Source: Heteronotia binoei
Lineage: Eukaryota
Direction: 5' to 3'
Length of the DNA stretch: 64,000 bases
Assembly: GCF_032191835.1 (NCBI RefSeq)
Contig: NC_083241.1
Location: 23,436,001-23,500,000 of the forward strand
In this document: positions 1-64,000 of the stretch, in pieces
Numbering within the stretch: position 1 is the first letter of the stretch
How the letters are laid out: every line of letters starts with the position of its first letter
Notes under the pieces: generated by a model
What the model was told of the DNA's origin: nothing
Database searches by the model: none
What the model saw: only the letters and a program-made list of their open reading frames with translations
Translations under genes and position numbers: made by a program

Positions 1-62231
<62,231 letters not shown>

Positions 62232-64000
62232 CTGCAAAGTAAGATATTCTGAGCGTCAAAACACAAGTATTGTCAAGTAGCATTAAAAACAAAGTATTTA
62301 ACAGAGCACACGCTCATACTATTAATCCGGTTTTTTTTTCAGTAACAAGTTAATTCTTTGCTAAATATATTCTATGATGAATAAACTATGCTGCTGCTGA
62401 ATATTTTGGTTCAATAGTTCACACATAAGAAAATAAGAGAAGTCATGTTGGATCAGGCCAGTGGCCCATCCAGTCCAACACTGTGTCACACAGTGGCCAA
62501 AAAAACCAGGTGCCATTAGGAGGTCCATCAGTGGGGTCAGGAAACTAGAAGCCCTCTCATTGTTGCCCCCCCACTCACTGAACCCAAGAGTATCAGGCAC
62601 AAATTAGCAGCTGTAATATTTCATTGCATGGAAAATATCCCAAAAGCTGTCTAAAAGATTTTTAAAAACCCAACCCTGTACACTTGGAAGATATAAAAAA
62701 GCCAAAACTGAAAGAGATCACACACCAAAGAGCTATATGGCAATAACAACAGGATTTGATCCAAAGAATCATAAGCGAGAGGCAAACAGCTACTACTGTT
62801 CTCCCATAAACATTTCAGCAGGAACTTGCAAGAGTCCATACAAGGCTGTATTACATTTCTCATGAGATGTTCTGTGGATTTAGCCTGCCATCCCCCAAAA
62901 AACAGTTTCCTGGAAATAAACCCTGCTAAATTAAATGGGATTTGTTTCAGAACAGCCCTGCTCAGGACTGCTCTTTGAAATGTCTCTTTTCAAAATACTA
63001 CTAGCAGCAGGACAGACTTTCCACATATGGAGGGGCACCTTTGGAGGCAGCCCACGGTATGGCTTACTGAAAGCAAACAGCAGCAATATGAATGGATGTG
63101 AGGACAAGCACTTGAGACCACCCATTATCTACTGTATTAAAACACTACAGGGTCTCCATGAATCAGCTGCAAATTGATAGCATTTTCCACCACCATATTT
63201 ATTTATTTAGATTTATGGGCCCAGAGAAAACTTAAAGCAGCTTACAATTTCCCACCCTGCTGCCCCATGTTTTATCCTTATAACAACTACCCTGTGATGT
63301 TGCTTAGCCTGAGGAAGAATGACTAGCCCAAGGTCACCCAGCAAGTTTCCATGACAGAATGGAGATGCAAACTGGGTCCCTCAGACCCTAGTCTGAAATG
63401 CTAACTGCCTAGTATCTAGCACAGATTTCTTATTCTAAGCAGATATACTTGCATTTTCAGATAAATTTATAATGGAACAGTGCAGAAGTTTATATTTCTA
63501 TGAAGTACAGTAGTATAAAATAAAAATAAGCAGTATTTTAAAGTAAAATAATATTCAGTCATAATGTAGGGAAAATATAAACTAGAAACTTTAAAACTGT
63601 AACCTTAACATTACTGTTATTCCCTTTTTACCACTTCCTTCCTCAAAGAAGTTCTGAGCAGGTGCAAAAAGTTGTTAAAATTTGTTCTCAAAACAAATCT
63701 ATTAACTCCTTTGGTTCAACAAGTAGACTTTTTCCTCTGTCCACTGATGAGAAGTCCATGATAGCCTCACAAACATTCCATTAGTTACTGAAATACAATA
63801 GTCCAGGCTGAAAATCTCTGCACAGATCACACAGATACATGAAACAGCATCATGCCAATGATGCGCCTTATACTCCCATCAGCACTGAACCTATTTTTCA
63901 GACATTTAGAACATATTATGGTGAGGTGCATTTTTCTCGCATCATCTTTACAGAACTACAATGTGCCAGCTAACTAGGTAATGCAGGGAGACTTAAAGTG

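Overview
Vertebrate genomic DNA, most likely a gekkotan lizard (inferred from Squam/Sauria-type SINEs, young L2 and CR1 LINEs and many hAT MITEs). The whole window lies inside TRPM7 (channel-kinase) on the minus strand. I traced 38 coding exons with GT-AG boundaries that join in frame (5454 nt, 1818 codons). They match human exons 2-38 (exon 38 partial; numbering recalled from human TRPM7) plus one extra 60-nt exon. Intron 29, between the channel/linker exons and the kinase exons, carries a 6.3-kb DIRS1-type tyrosine-recombinase retrotransposon (8639-14965, same sense as TRPM7). It has inverted terminal repeats, a perfectly matching internal complementary region, and open RT-RNaseH-methyltransferase and recombinase ORFs. 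Its gag is broken by a young L2 insertion, a frameshift and a probable deletion. The best leads are: (1) the DIRS reading-frame layout, where gag-stop, a 492-codon frame overlapping pol, a single stop and the recombinase share one frame; (2) an open frame running 181 codons past the TRPM7 exon-26 donor that contains a phase-compatible candidate exon; (3) further lineage-specific TRPM7 exons and pore-loop changes; (4) a hAT element carrying a tandem array of 73-bp hairpin units. No database searches were run; family names rest on recalled motifs.
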